Positions 10,441 to 21,921 are shown, counted from the first letter of the stretch. The stretch: DNA of 64,000 nucleotides from an uncultured Gemmatimonadales bacterium (GCA_963821525.1 CAWGED010000019.1:256001-320000); one strand, 5' to 3'. A program made the numbers and translations. Notes: generated by a model from the letters alone, not told the origin.

Positions 10441-10489
10441 GCTAATGGCTAATTGCTAACAGCTTATGGCTTACGGCCTACAGCTTATG
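10441..10489 (+). repeat. Degenerate 7-mer array, consensus GCT(A/T)A(T/C)G x7
   Basis: GCTAATG GCTAATT GCTAACA GCTTATG GCTTACG GCCTACA GCTTATG. Confidence 0.8.
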
Positions 10490-11060
10490 GCGTTCCCTTC
10501 ACCGAGTCGACCGCCGCACCCAGCGCGACGTACGCCTGCGGATCCACCTCCTGGAACTCCGCCGCGACGTAACTGATCTTGCCACCCGGAGCGATCACGT
10601 AGAGGGTCCGGTTGTCCAGCTTGTACTTGCTATCGAAGGCCCCGTAGAGCTTGCCGACCTTGCCATCGGGATCGCTCAGGAACCGGAACGGATAGTTGCG
10701 ATCCTTGGCCCACGAGGCGAGCTCGGTGATCGGATCTACACTCACCGCCAGCAGCGTCACCTTTTTTCCATCGTTAAACAGCTTCGCGTACTGATCACGG
10801 TACGCGTCCATTTGGATGGTTCAGCCGCTGGTCCGTGCCTTGTAGAAGAAGGCAATCACCACGGTCTGATCCTTCAGGTCAGTAAGCCGCACCGAATCAG
10901 GCTGAACGCCGTCGCGCGTGGCGCTCTGCAGAGTGAAATCGGGGGCGGGATCGCCCACCTTGAGCGGACCGGATTGCTGAGCCGGCACCACCGACGTCGC
11001 GCCCAGTAGCAATCCTCCTACCAGGAGGAAACGAGTCAAACGGGAATTACGCTCTGCCAT
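10485..11060 (-). CDS. Exported AhpC/TSA (BCP-like) peroxiredoxin-fold selenoprotein, UGA at 10821-10823
   Basis: ORFs 10821..11060 and 10485..10811 are in frame: signal peptide, LKVGDPAPDFTL, FFYKARTSG-UGA-TIQMDAYRD, FLSDPDG, R.LYVI..GKI. Confidence 0.85.
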
Positions 11061-11087
11061 AGCTGCTCTCCCGCGAAAGAAGACGTC

Positions 11088-12311
11088 CTACTTTGCCACC
11101 TCTACCCGCCAGATCTTGCCGTTGGCGTCGGCAGAGATATAAAGCGATCCCTCAGGTCCCACCGCAACACCCGAGGCGCGAAGGTCGGTCGGTCCCTTAC
11201 TACTCGTCGCGAACGTCGTGTATTGCCCCGTCGGACGGCCCGAGGCGAACGGTACGAAGACTATCCGGTATCCCTGCTGGGGCAACGGCGCGCGATTCCA
11301 CGATCCATGAAACGCGATGAAGGCCCCTTCCCGATAGGATGCAGGGAATTGATTCCCGTGGTAGAAGGCAATGGCCATCGGGGCCCAGTGGCCGGGGAAG
11401 CCAATCAGCGGGTCTTTCTTCGTCGAGCAACGACCGACGGCCTTCCCGTCTCCGCCGTACTCGGGAGCCAGGACCTTTTTCTTTTGCTGCCAGTCGTAGT
11501 AGCAGTATGGCCAGCCGAAATCGTCCCCCGCCTTCACCTGCATGAACTCCTCGGCCGGCAACTCGGCGTTCTGAGCATCGCTGAAACCCCAGTTGGCACC
11601 CAGCTGGTCTCGCCCGTGGGGAGCAGCGTACAGGTTGCCGCTTCGATCAACCGCCGTCGCCATCGCATTGCGAAGGCCGGTCGCATAGCGGACGCCGTCC
11701 TTCGCGGTCTGCCCCGTGCGTGACGCGCTGAACCGCCACAACCCGGCGCGGGTCTCCAGCTCGGTGCAGGGATCGTGTCCAGGCGACTGGGCGGTCCGGT
11801 CCCGCTCCTGACAGCTGTTGGTGGCGGAGCCGATGTTGACGATCAGGGTATCCCCTCCCAGCAGCACCAGCGTCTTGGCCCGGTGTCCCCCCGTGGGCAA
11901 TCCGTCCACGATGGTTTCCGGTTGACCGGGCGGAACCAGCTCACCCGCGGGCAACCGCCACCGGACCACCTTGGTCGCGGTCGCGAAGTACAGATTGTCT
12001 CCCCTCAGCGCGATGCCGGTTCCGCCTCCGGGGCCGAAGGACTTCTTCACATCGGCGACGCCGTCGCCGTTGGTATCCCTCAATGCCAGCACACCTTCGC
12101 CCCCCTCGACAGCGGCGAAAATGTCTCCGTTGGGAGCGACGGTGATGTGGCGGACCTCACCCAGGTCCGACCCAACCAGCACCGCGCAAAAGCCGTCGGG
12201 AAGGTCGAGACCACTGGTGCGGGTGCAGGCATCAGAGGGGCGCAGAGGGGAAACTGCAGAGACCGGCAGGCCTGCGAGGAGGCCAAGAGAAAGCAATAGA
12301 ACGAGACGCAC
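11088..12311 (-). CDS. PQQ-dependent sugar (glucose/sorbosone) dehydrogenase, exported
   Basis: Signal peptide, LPDGF, IGSATN, YATGLRN, FGWPYCY, HWAPM, AFHGSWNR. Confidence 0.88.
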   Translation of the reverse strand: MRLVLLLSLGLLAGLPVSAVSPLRPSDACTRTSGLDLPDGFCAVLVGSDLGEVRHITVAPNGDIFAAVEGGEGVLALRDTNGDGVADVKKSFGPGGGTGIALRGDNLYFATATKVVRWRLPAGELVPPGQPETIVDGLPTGGHRAKTLVLLGGDTLIVNIGSATNSCQERDRTAQSPGHDPCTELETRAGLWRFSASRTGQTAKDGVRYATGLRNAMATAVDRSGNLYAAPHGRDQLGANWGFSDAQNAELPAEEFMQVKAGDDFGWPYCYYDWQQKKKVLAPEYGGDGKAVGRCSTKKDPLIGFPGHWAPMAIAFYHGNQFPASYREGAFIAFHGSWNRAPLPQQGYRIVFVPFASGRPTGQYTTFATSSKGPTDLRASGVAVGPEGSLYISADANGKIWRVEVAK

Positions 12312-12485
12312 GGGACACTCTCGAGATCGGTTTCAGAGGGAAAATAGCCCGCTTTATCCCGGATTCCAGAGGGAAAATCACGATTTTCCCTCTTGCAACT
12401 GGGAAGCGATGCCTTACTTTGGGTGCGGACGGCTCCCGCCTTGTAGCGCGTGACCGCCTCATTTTCCCCCTCACGGAGGCTCTCG

Positions 12486-12770
12486 ATGGCCAAGAAAGCA
12501 GCGAAGAAAAAGTCGAAGCGGAAGCCGAACGCGGCGTTCATGCGCCCGGTAACGCCCGACGCGAAGCTCGCCGAAGTCGTTGGCTCAAAAGGCCTGCCGC
12601 GGACTGAACTCACCAAGAAGCTCTGGGCGTACATCAAGAAGAACGGCCTGCAGGACAAGAAGAACCGGCGGATGATCAATGCCGATGGCGCACTCATGGC
12701 CGTCTTTGGCGGCAAGAAGCAGGTCTCGATGTTCGAGATGACCAAACTGGTCAGCCGTCACGTGAAGTAG
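12486..12770 (+). CDS. Stand-alone SWIB/MDM2 domain protein with basic tail
   Basis: KRKPNAAFM.P, RTELTKKLWAYIKKNGLQD, VSMFEMTKLVS. Confidence 0.92.
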   Translation: MAKKAAKKKSKRKPNAAFMRPVTPDAKLAEVVGSKGLPRTELTKKLWAYIKKNGLQDKKNRRMINADGALMAVFGGKKQVSMFEMTKLVSRHVK

Positions 12771-12833
12771 TCCGCAGGAGAGAGAAAGGCGGCCCGCCAG
12801 GGTCGCCGAGGCAGCAGTAATGCGGTAACAAGA

Positions 12834-12857
12834 GGGGCGCGCCCGTCGGCGCGCCCC
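12834..12857. terminator. GC-rich hairpin after SWIB gene (possible terminator or processing stem)
   Basis: GGGGCGCGCC-CGTC-GGCGCGCCCC, 10-bp perfect stem; weak U tract. Confidence 0.45.
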
Positions 12858-12896
12858 GTGCCGTTTCTACCGGGCCCGGCTATCTTAATCCGCCCT

Positions 12897-14573
12897 ATGG
12901 CCGGCGAATACATCTTCACTATGCGCGACCTGCGAAAGGTCGTGCCTCCCTCCCGAGAGATCCTCAAAGGCATCTACCTCGCCTTCTATCCCGGCGCCAA
13001 GATCGGCGTCCTGGGTGCCAACGGCGCGGGGAAAAGTTCGCTGCTGCGGATCATGGCGGGGGTGGATAAGGACTTCATCGGCGAGGCCAAGCCGCTCGCG
13101 GGCACTCGCATCGGATACCTGCCGCAGGAGCCGCAGCTCGATGCTGCCAAAGACGTGCGAGGCAACGTCGAGGAAGGCGTGCGGGAGCTGCGCCAGCTAC
13201 TCGACGATTTCAACACCATCTCGGCCCGCTTCACCGAACCGATGAGCGATGACGAGATGAATCGGCTCCTGGAAAAGCAGGGCCGGCTCCAGGACCAGAT
13301 CGATCACCTCGGCGTCTGGGACCTGGACCACAAGCTCGACATCGCGATGGACGCGCTCCGCCTGCCCCCGGGCGATGCCTCGGTCAGCACACTGTCGGGT
13401 GGAGAGCGCCGCCGAGTCGCGCTGTGCCGCCTGCTGCTCGAACAACCGGAGATGCTGCTTCTCGATGAACCGACCAACCACCTGGACGCCGAAAGCGTCG
13501 CGTGGCTGGAGAAGTATCTCGAAGGGTTTCCGGGAACCGTTGTGGCTATCACCCACGACCGCTACTTCCTGGACAACGTTGCCAAGTGGATCCTGGAGCT
13601 GGATCGCGGCGCCGGGATTCCCTGGGAAGGCAACTACTCGAGCTGGCTGGACCAGAAGCGCAAACGCCTCGCCACCGAGGAGAAACAGGCCTCCGCGAGG
13701 CAGAAGACCCTGGAGCGGGAACTGGAATGGGTACGGATGGCTCCCAAAGCCCGGCAGGCCAAGAGCAAGGCACGTCTGCAGCGCTACGAGGAGTTGCGCC
13801 AGGAAGCAGATCGCCAGACCGAAGGCTCGGTCGAGATCCTCATACCGGTGCCAGAGCGACTGGGAGACGAGGTAGTGGTCGCGGAGAAGCTATCCAAGGG
13901 CTATGGCGACCGCCTGCTCTTCGAGAACCTCAACTTCGCGCTGCCCCGCGGCGGGATCGTCGGGGTGATCGGGCCCAATGGCGCGGGCAAGACGACGCTG
14001 TTTCGCATGATCGCGGGTCAGGAAAAGCCCGACAGCGGGAACCTGACGATCGGCAAGACCGTCAAGCTGGCCTACGTGGATCAGAGTCGAGATTCGCTCG
14101 ACGGCACCAAGACGGTGTACGAAGAGATCTCCGGAGGAGAAGACGAGTTGATCTTCGGTTCCCGCAAGGTGAACGCGAGAGCCTACTGTGCGGGCTTCAA
14201 CTTCAGGGGATCCGACCAGCAGAAGAAGGTCAAGGATCTCTCCGGCGGCGAGCGGAACCGGGTCCATCTCGCCAAGCTGCTCAAGAGCGGGGGCAACCTG
14301 CTCCTGCTTGACGAACCTACCAACGATCTGGACGTTGACACCCTGCGGGCGCTGGAAGACGCATTGGTGGCCTTCGCAGGATGTGCGGTCGTCATCAGCC
14401 ACGACCGCTGGTTCCTCGACCGGATCGCAACCCATATTCTCGCCTTCGAAGGGGAGAGCGAGGCGTACTGGTACGAGGGGAACTATCAGGACTACGCCGC
14501 GGATTTCAAGAAGCGCAAAGGAGTCGATGCCAATCAGCCGCACCGGATCCGGTACAAGAAGCTCCACCACTAG
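12897..14573 (+). CDS. ettA: Energy-dependent translational throttle protein (ABC-F)
   Basis: [23 protein letters not shown], two ABC domains, [18 protein letters not shown] linker, [10 protein letters not shown]-terminus. Confidence 0.95.
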   Translation: MAGEYIFTMRDLRKVVPPSREILKGIYLAFYPGAKIGVLGANGAGKSSLLRIMAGVDKDFIGEAKPLAGTRIGYLPQEPQLDAAKDVRGNVEEGVRELRQLLDDFNTISARFTEPMSDDEMNRLLEKQGRLQDQIDHLGVWDLDHKLDIAMDALRLPPGDASVSTLSGGERRRVALCRLLLEQPEMLLLDEPTNHLDAESVAWLEKYLEGFPGTVVAITHDRYFLDNVAKWILELDRGAGIPWEGNYSSWLDQKRKRLATEEKQASARQKTLERELEWVRMAPKARQAKSKARLQRYEELRQEADRQTEGSVEILIPVPERLGDEVVVAEKLSKGYGDRLLFENLNFALPRGGIVGVIGPNGAGKTTLFRMIAGQEKPDSGNLTIGKTVKLAYVDQSRDSLDGTKTVYEEISGGEDELIFGSRKVNARAYCAGFNFRGSDQQKKVKDLSGGERNRVHLAKLLKSGGNLLLLDEPTNDLDVDTLRALEDALVAFAGCAVVISHDRWFLDRIATHILAFEGESEAYWYEGNYQDYAADFKKRKGVDANQPHRIRYKKLHH

Positions 14574-14594
14574 CGCTCCTCACACTCCGCTCCG

Positions 14595-16734
14595 ATGACC
14601 CACCCCTCGCGCATTCCCTACCTGCCGGCCCGAATCGAGCATCTGGCCGATCTGGCGGAGAATCTCTGGTGGAGCTGGCAGCTGGATGCCCGTGGCCTGT
14701 TCCGGACGATCGACGAGCCCCTCTGGCATCTGGTGAAGCACAATCCGCTCGCGCTGCTCCGGCGGGTAGATCCCTCCCGGCTCGCCGGCTGCGCGAGCGA
14801 CCCGACCTTCCTCGCCCGTTACGACCGGGTGCTGGAACGGTACCGCCTCGCGCTCGAGAGCAACGAGACCTGGTTCCACAACAACTATCCCTCGGTCGAC
14901 CGGCCGATCGCCTACTTCTGTGCCGAGTTCGGTCTCCACAACTCGGTCCCCATCTACTCGGGCGGCCTCGGCATTCTGGCCGGCGACCATTGCAAGGCAG
15001 CGTCGGATCTCGGCGTGCCCCTCGTCGGCGTTGGGCTCTTCTACACGAAGGGCTACTTCGACCAGCAGCTGAGGTTGGATGGCTGGCAGGAGGACAGCGA
15101 TGTCCTCTTCGATGTGAGCCTGACGCCGCTCGAGCGGGTCGCCGGACCGGGAGGTGTCCCCTATCTCGCCGTGGTGGAGACCTTCGGGCGGCCGGTGCAC
15201 ATCGGCGTCTGGCGGATGAAGGTCGGACGGGTGCCGGTTTACCTCCTGGACACAAACCTGGAACAGAACGACCCTGCCGACCGTGACCTTTCCGGAAAGC
15301 TTTACGCGGGCGGGCCGGACATGCGGCTCCGCCAGGAATGGATCCTCGGCGTTGGCGGCGTGCGGGTGCTGCGGGCCGTGGGACTCGATCCGGCCGCCTG
15401 GCACGCCAACGAGGGACACGCCGCGTTCATGCTCGTCGAGCGGCTGCGCGAGCTGACCACCGGAGGAATGCCGCTCAAGGACGCGGTGCGAGAGGTGCGG
15501 GCCCGGAGCATCTTCACGACCCACACTCCCGTCCCGGCGGGTCACGACCGCTTCAGCCGGGAGGAGGTGCAGGCCTGCGCGGGCCCGATCTGGACCGAGT
15601 TGGGCATCGGTCCCGAAGAATTCATGGCGATCGGTGCGCTGCCCGAGGATGACCTCTTCCACATGACGGCCACCGCGCTTCGGCTCTCCCGGCGGGTCAA
15701 CGGCGTCGCGAAGCGGCATGGAGAGGTCTCCCGCGAGCTGTGGCAGCCACTCTGGCCCGGCAAAGCAGTTGAGGACGTTCCCATCGGGCATGTGACCAAC
15801 GGGGTTCACGTCGCTACCTGGATGGCGAGCCGGATGCAGCGACTGCTCGACAAACATCTCGGCGATGGCTGGCTCGACCGGGTGGATCAGCCCGGCTTCT
15901 GGGACCGGGTCGCTCGAGCTGGACGATCAGGAACTCTGGAGCCAGCATCTCGAGATGAAGCGAGGCCTGCTGACTTATATCCGCGAAGAAGCGCGCCGGC
16001 GCTGGGCCGACCGATGGAAAGAGGCGGCCCATGTCGTCGGAGCGGGCACCCTGATCAATCCGGACCCGCTCATCATCGGGTTCGCGCGGCGCTTCGCGAC
16101 CTACAAGAGGGCCTACCTGCTATTCGAGGACTTCGACCGGCTGCACGAGATGCTGGTGAATCCCTGGCGGCCGGTCCAGCTGATTTTCGCGGGGAAGGCG
16201 CATCCCGAGGATGCGCCGGGTAAAGAAGTCCTGCAGCGGGTCTACACCATGACCCGCGACCCCCGCCTCGAGGGGCGTGTAGCATTCATCGAGGACTATG
16301 AGATGCACCTCGCCCATCGCCTGGTGCAGGGGGTGGACCTCTGGCTCAATGTCCCGCGGGCGCCGCTCGAGGCATGCGGCACCAGCGGCATGAAGGCCGC
16401 GCTGAACTCAGTCCCTCAGCTGAGCACACTCGACGGATGGTGGTACGAGGGCTATATGGGAGTGAACGGCTGGGCCCTGCCGCCATCCGAACCTGGGGAT
16501 CAGGATGCAGTTGATGCCGGACACCTTTACACCCTGTTGGAGGAGCAGGTCATCCCGCTCTACTACAAGCGCGATGCACGTGGCCTGCCGGTCGAATGGC
16601 TCCAGAAGATGAAACACGCCCTCCGTATCGCCGGCGAGAAGTTCGACGCCCGTCGGATGGTGCAGGAATACGTGAACCAGTACTACGTACCCGCGGCGTC
16701 GGGAGACCTCTCCGACCCCAACCCCCCGGTGTAG
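14595..16734 (+). CDS. glgP: Alpha-glucan (glycogen) phosphorylase; frameshift near 15910
   Basis: NLWWSW, YSGGLGILAGD, HANEGHAAF, GFARRFATYKR, EACGTSGMKA split over ORFs 14595.. and ..16734. Confidence 0.92.
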
Positions 16735-16798
16735 CCCGGATGGACCGGCCTCCCAGCCAGTCTCGACGCTGCTGGCCCCCGACGGCTCGCCGGTAGGC

Positions 16799-18232
16799 GT
16801 GGTGCATGTCGCCGCGGAATACGGCTGGCTGGCCCGGACCGGTGGACTCGCGGAGGCGGTAGCAGGCCTGGCCACGAACCAGGCGCGCTCGGGCATTCCG
16901 GTCGCCGCGGTGATTCCCCTCCACCGATCGGTGCGAAGCGCGGCGAACGGACTCGAGCGGATGGGGGGACCCTTCACCGTTCAGGTCGGACCTCGTACCG
17001 AAGAAGGGCGACTCTACCGCATTCCCGCCGGCCCGGGCGAGCCGCGGGTCTACTGCATCGAGCACCCCTATTTCGACCGGAACGGCCTCTACGGAGAGTC
17101 CGGCGGTGACTACGCCGACAATCTCCAGCGGTACGCATTCTTCTGCCGCGCGGCTCTGGAGATCCTCCACCGGATCACCCGGACACCCTGCGTCCTGCAT
17201 TGCCACGACTGGCACGCGTCGCTCGCCCCGGTGTATCTGCGGACCTATTACCCGGACCAGGCCTTCGCCCAGAACGTGCGGACGGTCATGACGGTCCACA
17301 ACGCGGGATTCCAGGGACATTTCCCGCCATCGGCCATGCCGGAGATAGGGCTCCCCTGGGAGCTGTTCAACTACAAGGTCATGGAGTGGCATGACAAGGT
17401 GAATCTGCTCAAGGGCGGGCTCGCCTTCACGGATGCCGTGACCACGGTGAGCCCGACTCACGCGCACGAGCTGCGCACCGCGGTAGGCGGGTTCGGTCTC
17501 CACGACGTGTTTCTCTCTCTGGGAGACCGCTTCACCGGCATCGTCAACGGGATCGACATGGACGAGTGGAATCCCGCGACCGACCAGCACATCACCTCGC
17601 ATTACTCGGTGCACGATCTCTCCGGCAAGGCGCGCTGCAAGGCCGCGCTGCAGCGGAGTGTGGGTCTGCCGCAGAAGCGCCGGATCCCGGTCTTCGCGAT
17701 GACCGCGCGGCTCACCCACCAGAAGGGTCTCGAGCTGATCGTGGGAGACTACACCCTCTTCATGCTGGAGGCGCAGTTCATCTTCCTGGGCACCGGAGAG
17801 CCGAAGTACGAGGCGATGCTCAAGATGTACGAGGCGCGCTGGCCCGGACGGATCGCCGTGCACCTGGGCTTTTCGGAGCGGCTGGAGCATCGGCTCATGG
17901 CGGGCGCCGACGTCTACCTCATGCCCTCACTCTATGAGCCGTGCGGGCTGGCTCAGCTCCGCGCGGAGCGCTACGGTGCGGTGCCGATCGGCCGCCGGGT
18001 CGGCGGTCTGGCCGACACCATCGAGGACGGAACTACCGGGTTCCTGTTCGACGAGTACAGCTCCGAGGATCTGCTCCGGGTCGCACGGCATGTGATGGAC
18101 CGCTACTACGACCCGCCGGCCTGGGAATGGATGATGAAGCAGGCAATGTCCAGGGATTTCGGCTGGCCCCGTTCCGCCGAGAAGTATCTGCAGGTCTACC
18201 GCCGCGCCCTCGAGGCGTTGCGTCACGCCTGA
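16799..18232 (+). CDS. glgA: Glycogen synthase (GT5); start uncertain
   Basis: ARTGGLAE, HCHDWH, TVHNAGFQG, MPSLYEPCGL.Q, VGGLADTI. Confidence 0.92.
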   Translation: MVHVAAEYGWLARTGGLAEAVAGLATNQARSGIPVAAVIPLHRSVRSAANGLERMGGPFTVQVGPRTEEGRLYRIPAGPGEPRVYCIEHPYFDRNGLYGESGGDYADNLQRYAFFCRAALEILHRITRTPCVLHCHDWHASLAPVYLRTYYPDQAFAQNVRTVMTVHNAGFQGHFPPSAMPEIGLPWELFNYKVMEWHDKVNLLKGGLAFTDAVTTVSPTHAHELRTAVGGFGLHDVFLSLGDRFTGIVNGIDMDEWNPATDQHITSHYSVHDLSGKARCKAALQRSVGLPQKRRIPVFAMTARLTHQKGLELIVGDYTLFMLEAQFIFLGTGEPKYEAMLKMYEARWPGRIAVHLGFSERLEHRLMAGADVYLMPSLYEPCGLAQLRAERYGAVPIGRRVGGLADTIEDGTTGFLFDEYSSEDLLRVARHVMDRYYDPPAWEWMMKQAMSRDFGWPRSAEKYLQVYRRALEALRHA

Positions 18233-19914
18233 TGCCCCGCCCCGCCGTCGATTTCGTACTGGGACTCCACAGCCATCTCCCATACGTCCTGAATCACGGG
18301 AGGTGGCCCCACGGGAGCGACTGGATCTGCGAGGCGGCGATCGACACCTACCTGCCGCTGCTCGAAGCGCTGGAGAAGTTGCGCCACGAGGGAGTGCCGG
18401 CGCCGGTCACCCTCGGCATCACTCCCATCCTCGCCAGCCAGCTGGCGAGTCCTGTCTTCGTGGAAGAGCTCGAGGCCTACTTCGCTCAACGCCTCGCGAG
18501 CTGTGACGAGGCGGCAGCCTCACTCACTTCGACTGGCGACCAGCACCTGATTCCTCTCGCCGATTTCTGGAGGGAGCGACTCACCCGGCTTCGCGCGCGG
18601 TTCCGTGCCCATGGTGGTGATCTGATCAGCGCGCTGCGCGCGCTCGAGCGGGAGGGCAGGCTCGAGATCATGAGTAGCGCCGCCACCCACGGTTTCCTCC
18701 CCCTGCTCTCTCGCGACGAGAGCATCCGGCTCCAGCTTGGGCTCGGTCGTGCCGAACACCGGAGGCTCTTCGGTAAGGAGCCCGCCGGATTGTGGCTGCC
18801 AGAGTGCGCCTACCGCGTTCGAGGCCCCTGGGCGCCGTTGCCTGGGGCCCCTGCCACCGGGCCTCGACGCGGCATCGAGGAGCACGTGGCGGATGCGGGG
18901 TTCAAGTATTTCTTCACCGACGCGCACATGGCCGGCGCGGGACAGGTCTTCAAGCTGTACGGTGCGGAAGAGCTCGAGGAGACGGGCACTGCGGAAGGCA
19001 AAGGCAAGCACTCGCCCTATCGCGCGTATCGAGTGACCTCGAACCGGAGCGGGCGCGAGGTCGCGACGCTGATTCGCGATCCGCTGACCTCGCGCCAGGT
19101 CTGGAGCCGGCAGGAGGGTTACCCGGGCGACCCGTGGTACCTCGAGTTCCACAAGATCCGCTGGCCGGGTGGACTCAAGTACTGGCGGGTGAGCGCTGCC
19201 GGCTCGGACCTCGGCGCCAAGCTGCCATACGATCCCGCGCAGGCACTGGCCCACGCAGACGGCCACGCGGGACACTTCGTGAGCCTGCTCGAGCGGGCCG
19301 CTACCGAGAAGGAAGTCCAGTCCGGCGGGTTGATTGCGGTCCCCTTCGACACCGAGCTGTTCGGCCACTGGTGGTTCGAGGGAGTGGATTTCCTCGCGGC
19401 AGTCTACCACCGGCTGGGTGGAACCAAGACGATCCGCCCCTACACCGCTTCGGCGGCGCTGGCCGCGCGGCCTCCACGTCGCGGGATCCATCTCTCGACC
19501 GGATCGTGGGGCGCCAACGGCGACTTCTCGATGTGGCTCAACAGCGGCACCGAATGGACCTGGCGCAAGTTGTGGGAGCTGGAAGAGAACTTCTGGGACG
19601 TGGCGCCCGCGGCGCTCGAGCGCGGAGACCAGCATCTGGTGCTCGCGCAGGCAGCGCGGGAGCTGCTGCTTGCTCAATCATCGGACTGGCAATTCATCAT
19701 GACGACCGGTCAGGTGACCGACTACGCTGTGAAACGGTTCACCGAGCATTGCGCCGACGCCGAGTCCTTGATCGCGGCAATGCAGCCTGGAGCAGGGGAC
19801 CAGGATGCTGCCAGGTCGCGCGCGGAGAAACTCTGGCAGCGGGACCATGTGTTCCCCGAGATCCTGCCTGCAGTGCGGGCTGCGATGGAAGGCAGCCGGG
19901 CGGTAGTCGTGTGA
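18232..19914 (+). CDS. GH57 1,4-alpha-glucan branching enzyme (DUF1957)
   Basis: LHSHLPYV, TYLPLL, ATHGFLPL, WLPECAY, PFDTELFGHWWFEG, AQSSDWQF. Confidence 0.9.
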   Translation: MPRPAVDFVLGLHSHLPYVLNHGRWPHGSDWICEAAIDTYLPLLEALEKLRHEGVPAPVTLGITPILASQLASPVFVEELEAYFAQRLASCDEAAASLTSTGDQHLIPLADFWRERLTRLRARFRAHGGDLISALRALEREGRLEIMSSAATHGFLPLLSRDESIRLQLGLGRAEHRRLFGKEPAGLWLPECAYRVRGPWAPLPGAPATGPRRGIEEHVADAGFKYFFTDAHMAGAGQVFKLYGAEELEETGTAEGKGKHSPYRAYRVTSNRSGREVATLIRDPLTSRQVWSRQEGYPGDPWYLEFHKIRWPGGLKYWRVSAAGSDLGAKLPYDPAQALAHADGHAGHFVSLLERAATEKEVQSGGLIAVPFDTELFGHWWFEGVDFLAAVYHRLGGTKTIRPYTASAALAARPPRRGIHLSTGSWGANGDFSMWLNSGTEWTWRKLWELEENFWDVAPAALERGDQHLVLAQAARELLLAQSSDWQFIMTTGQVTDYAVKRFTEHCADAESLIAAMQPGAGDQDAARSRAEKLWQRDHVFPEILPAVRAAMEGSRAVVV

Positions 19915-21921
19915 GGGTCGTCATCCACGGCCACTTCTACCAACCGCCGCGCGAAGATCCGTGGATCGAGCAAGTCGAGACCGAGCCGTCAGCCGCTCCC
20001 TTCCACGACTGGAATGAGCGAATAGAGCAGGAGTGCTACCGCGCCGTGGCCGCGGCCCGAATCCCCGGGCACGAAGGCCGGATCCTCCGCATCGTCAACA
20101 CCCTCGAACAGATCAGCTTCAACTTCGGCCCTACCCTTCTCGAGTGGATGGAAGGGCAAGCGCCCGCGACCTATGCCGCGGTGCTGGCGGCCGACCGTAA
20201 CAGTGTCGCACGGCTGGGTCACGGCAATGCCGTGGCGATGCCCTATCACCACGCGATTCTCCCGCTCAGTACCAGGCGGGAGAAGGTGACCGAGGTGCGC
20301 TGGGGCATCGCCGATTTCCGCCGCCGGTTCGGCCGGGAACCGGAGGGGATGTGGTTGCCGGAGACGGCGATGGATGAGGAGACGCTCGAGGTTCTCGCAG
20401 GCGAGGGCATTCGCTTCACGATCCTGGCGCCACACCAGGTAACCGGCGCTCCCGCTTCCGGCGCGCCGGGTCTGTACCGCTGCCCCGGCGGGGAAACCAT
20501 CGCGCTCTTCGTGTACGACGGCCCGATGTCGCACGATGTCGCCTTCGGACCGCTGGTGCGTGACGCTGACCAATGGGTGCGTAGAACGCTGGCGGCCGCG
20601 GACAGCGTCGCCCAAGCGGGAGTTGGTTTCGGTCGCCACCGACGGCGAGACCTACGGCCATCACCATGTCTTCGGAGAAATGGCGCTGGCTCTCGTCCTC
20701 GACCGGTTACAGGAAAGCGCGGGGATCAGCCTGGGCAACTTTGCCCAACACCTGGCCGACTCGCCGGCGACCAAAGAAGTGCAGCTGGTGAGTCCCAGCT
20801 CCTGGAGCTGTCCGCACGGAGTGGAGCGGTGGCGTTCCGACTGCGGCTGCCGCATGGCGACCGAGCTTCCACCGCAGCAAGCCTGGCGCGCGCCGCTCCG
20901 CGAAGGATTGGCATGGCTGACGAGCCAGCTGCACGAGATCCACGACAAGGAGGCACCGCTCCACCTGAGGGACGCCACCGCCGCACGGGAAGGCTACGGT
21001 GCCGTGGTGGGTGCGAGTCCGGAGGTGATTCGGGCCTACGTGCTCTCTCATGCTCTCAAGCCCGACGACCCTGGATCGGTGGTCCGAGCGGCGGAATTGC
21101 TCGAACTGGAGCGCGGGGCCCTCCGCTCGCTGACGTCCTGCGCCTGGTTCTTCGACGACATCGGTGGGATCGAGACCCTCCAGGTCCTGCGCTACGCGGC
21201 CTGGGCGGCGGCGCTCGCGGGAGAGGAACAGACGCGCCTGGAAAGCGGATTGATCGAGCGTCTCGCGCCCGCGAGAAGCCGAGACCCCACCATGGGCACA
21301 GGGGCAGATATCTACCGCCGGAAGGTTCGGCCGAGGCTTCCACCCGATGCACGCATCGCCGCGGGGCTCGGTGCCGTTCAGTCCCTCGTGCCTGATCCCG
21401 CGGACGACCCGGCCTATACCCTCGAAGCCCATGGCGATTCGAAGGTGCTCCGCCACAAGCGAACGGGTCGAGGTGTGCCCTGCAGGGTAACGATCGAGCG
21501 GAACGGTCTCGATCTGGCCGTTTCGGTGACGATCGAAGAGCGAACACCGCTTCGGGTGAGAGTTGATCAGCTGCCTGAGCGCTCCCGCCTCACAGTCGCC
21601 GATACGCTGCGCCGCGGTACCCTGTCCCGCCTGCTGTCGAGCAGCGATCTGGCCGCGCTTTCCACCGGAGAGGAAACCAAGCCGGTGGTGCGGCGCGCTC
21701 TGCTCAGGGCGGCGCAGTCACTCGAGACCGATCACTCGGCCGCTGCCTGCACCCACGTAGCCGACCTGGCCGAGCTGCTGGCACACCTTGGGCAGGCGGT
21801 GCCGTTCGATGTACAAACTGTTTTCTATCGGATCTGGTCTTCAGGCGAGCAGCGAGATCCGGCCATGCTGGATCTCGCCGTGAAACTGGGCTTCGACGTC
21901 ACCCACCTGCGGCAGCGATGA
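19911..21921 (+). CDS. GH57 family protein with DUF3536; frameshift near 20610
   Basis: VVIHGHFYQPPREDPW, GMWLPETA, ATDGETYGHH, SWSCPHGVERWRSDCGC, TSCAWFFDD. Confidence 0.88.
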
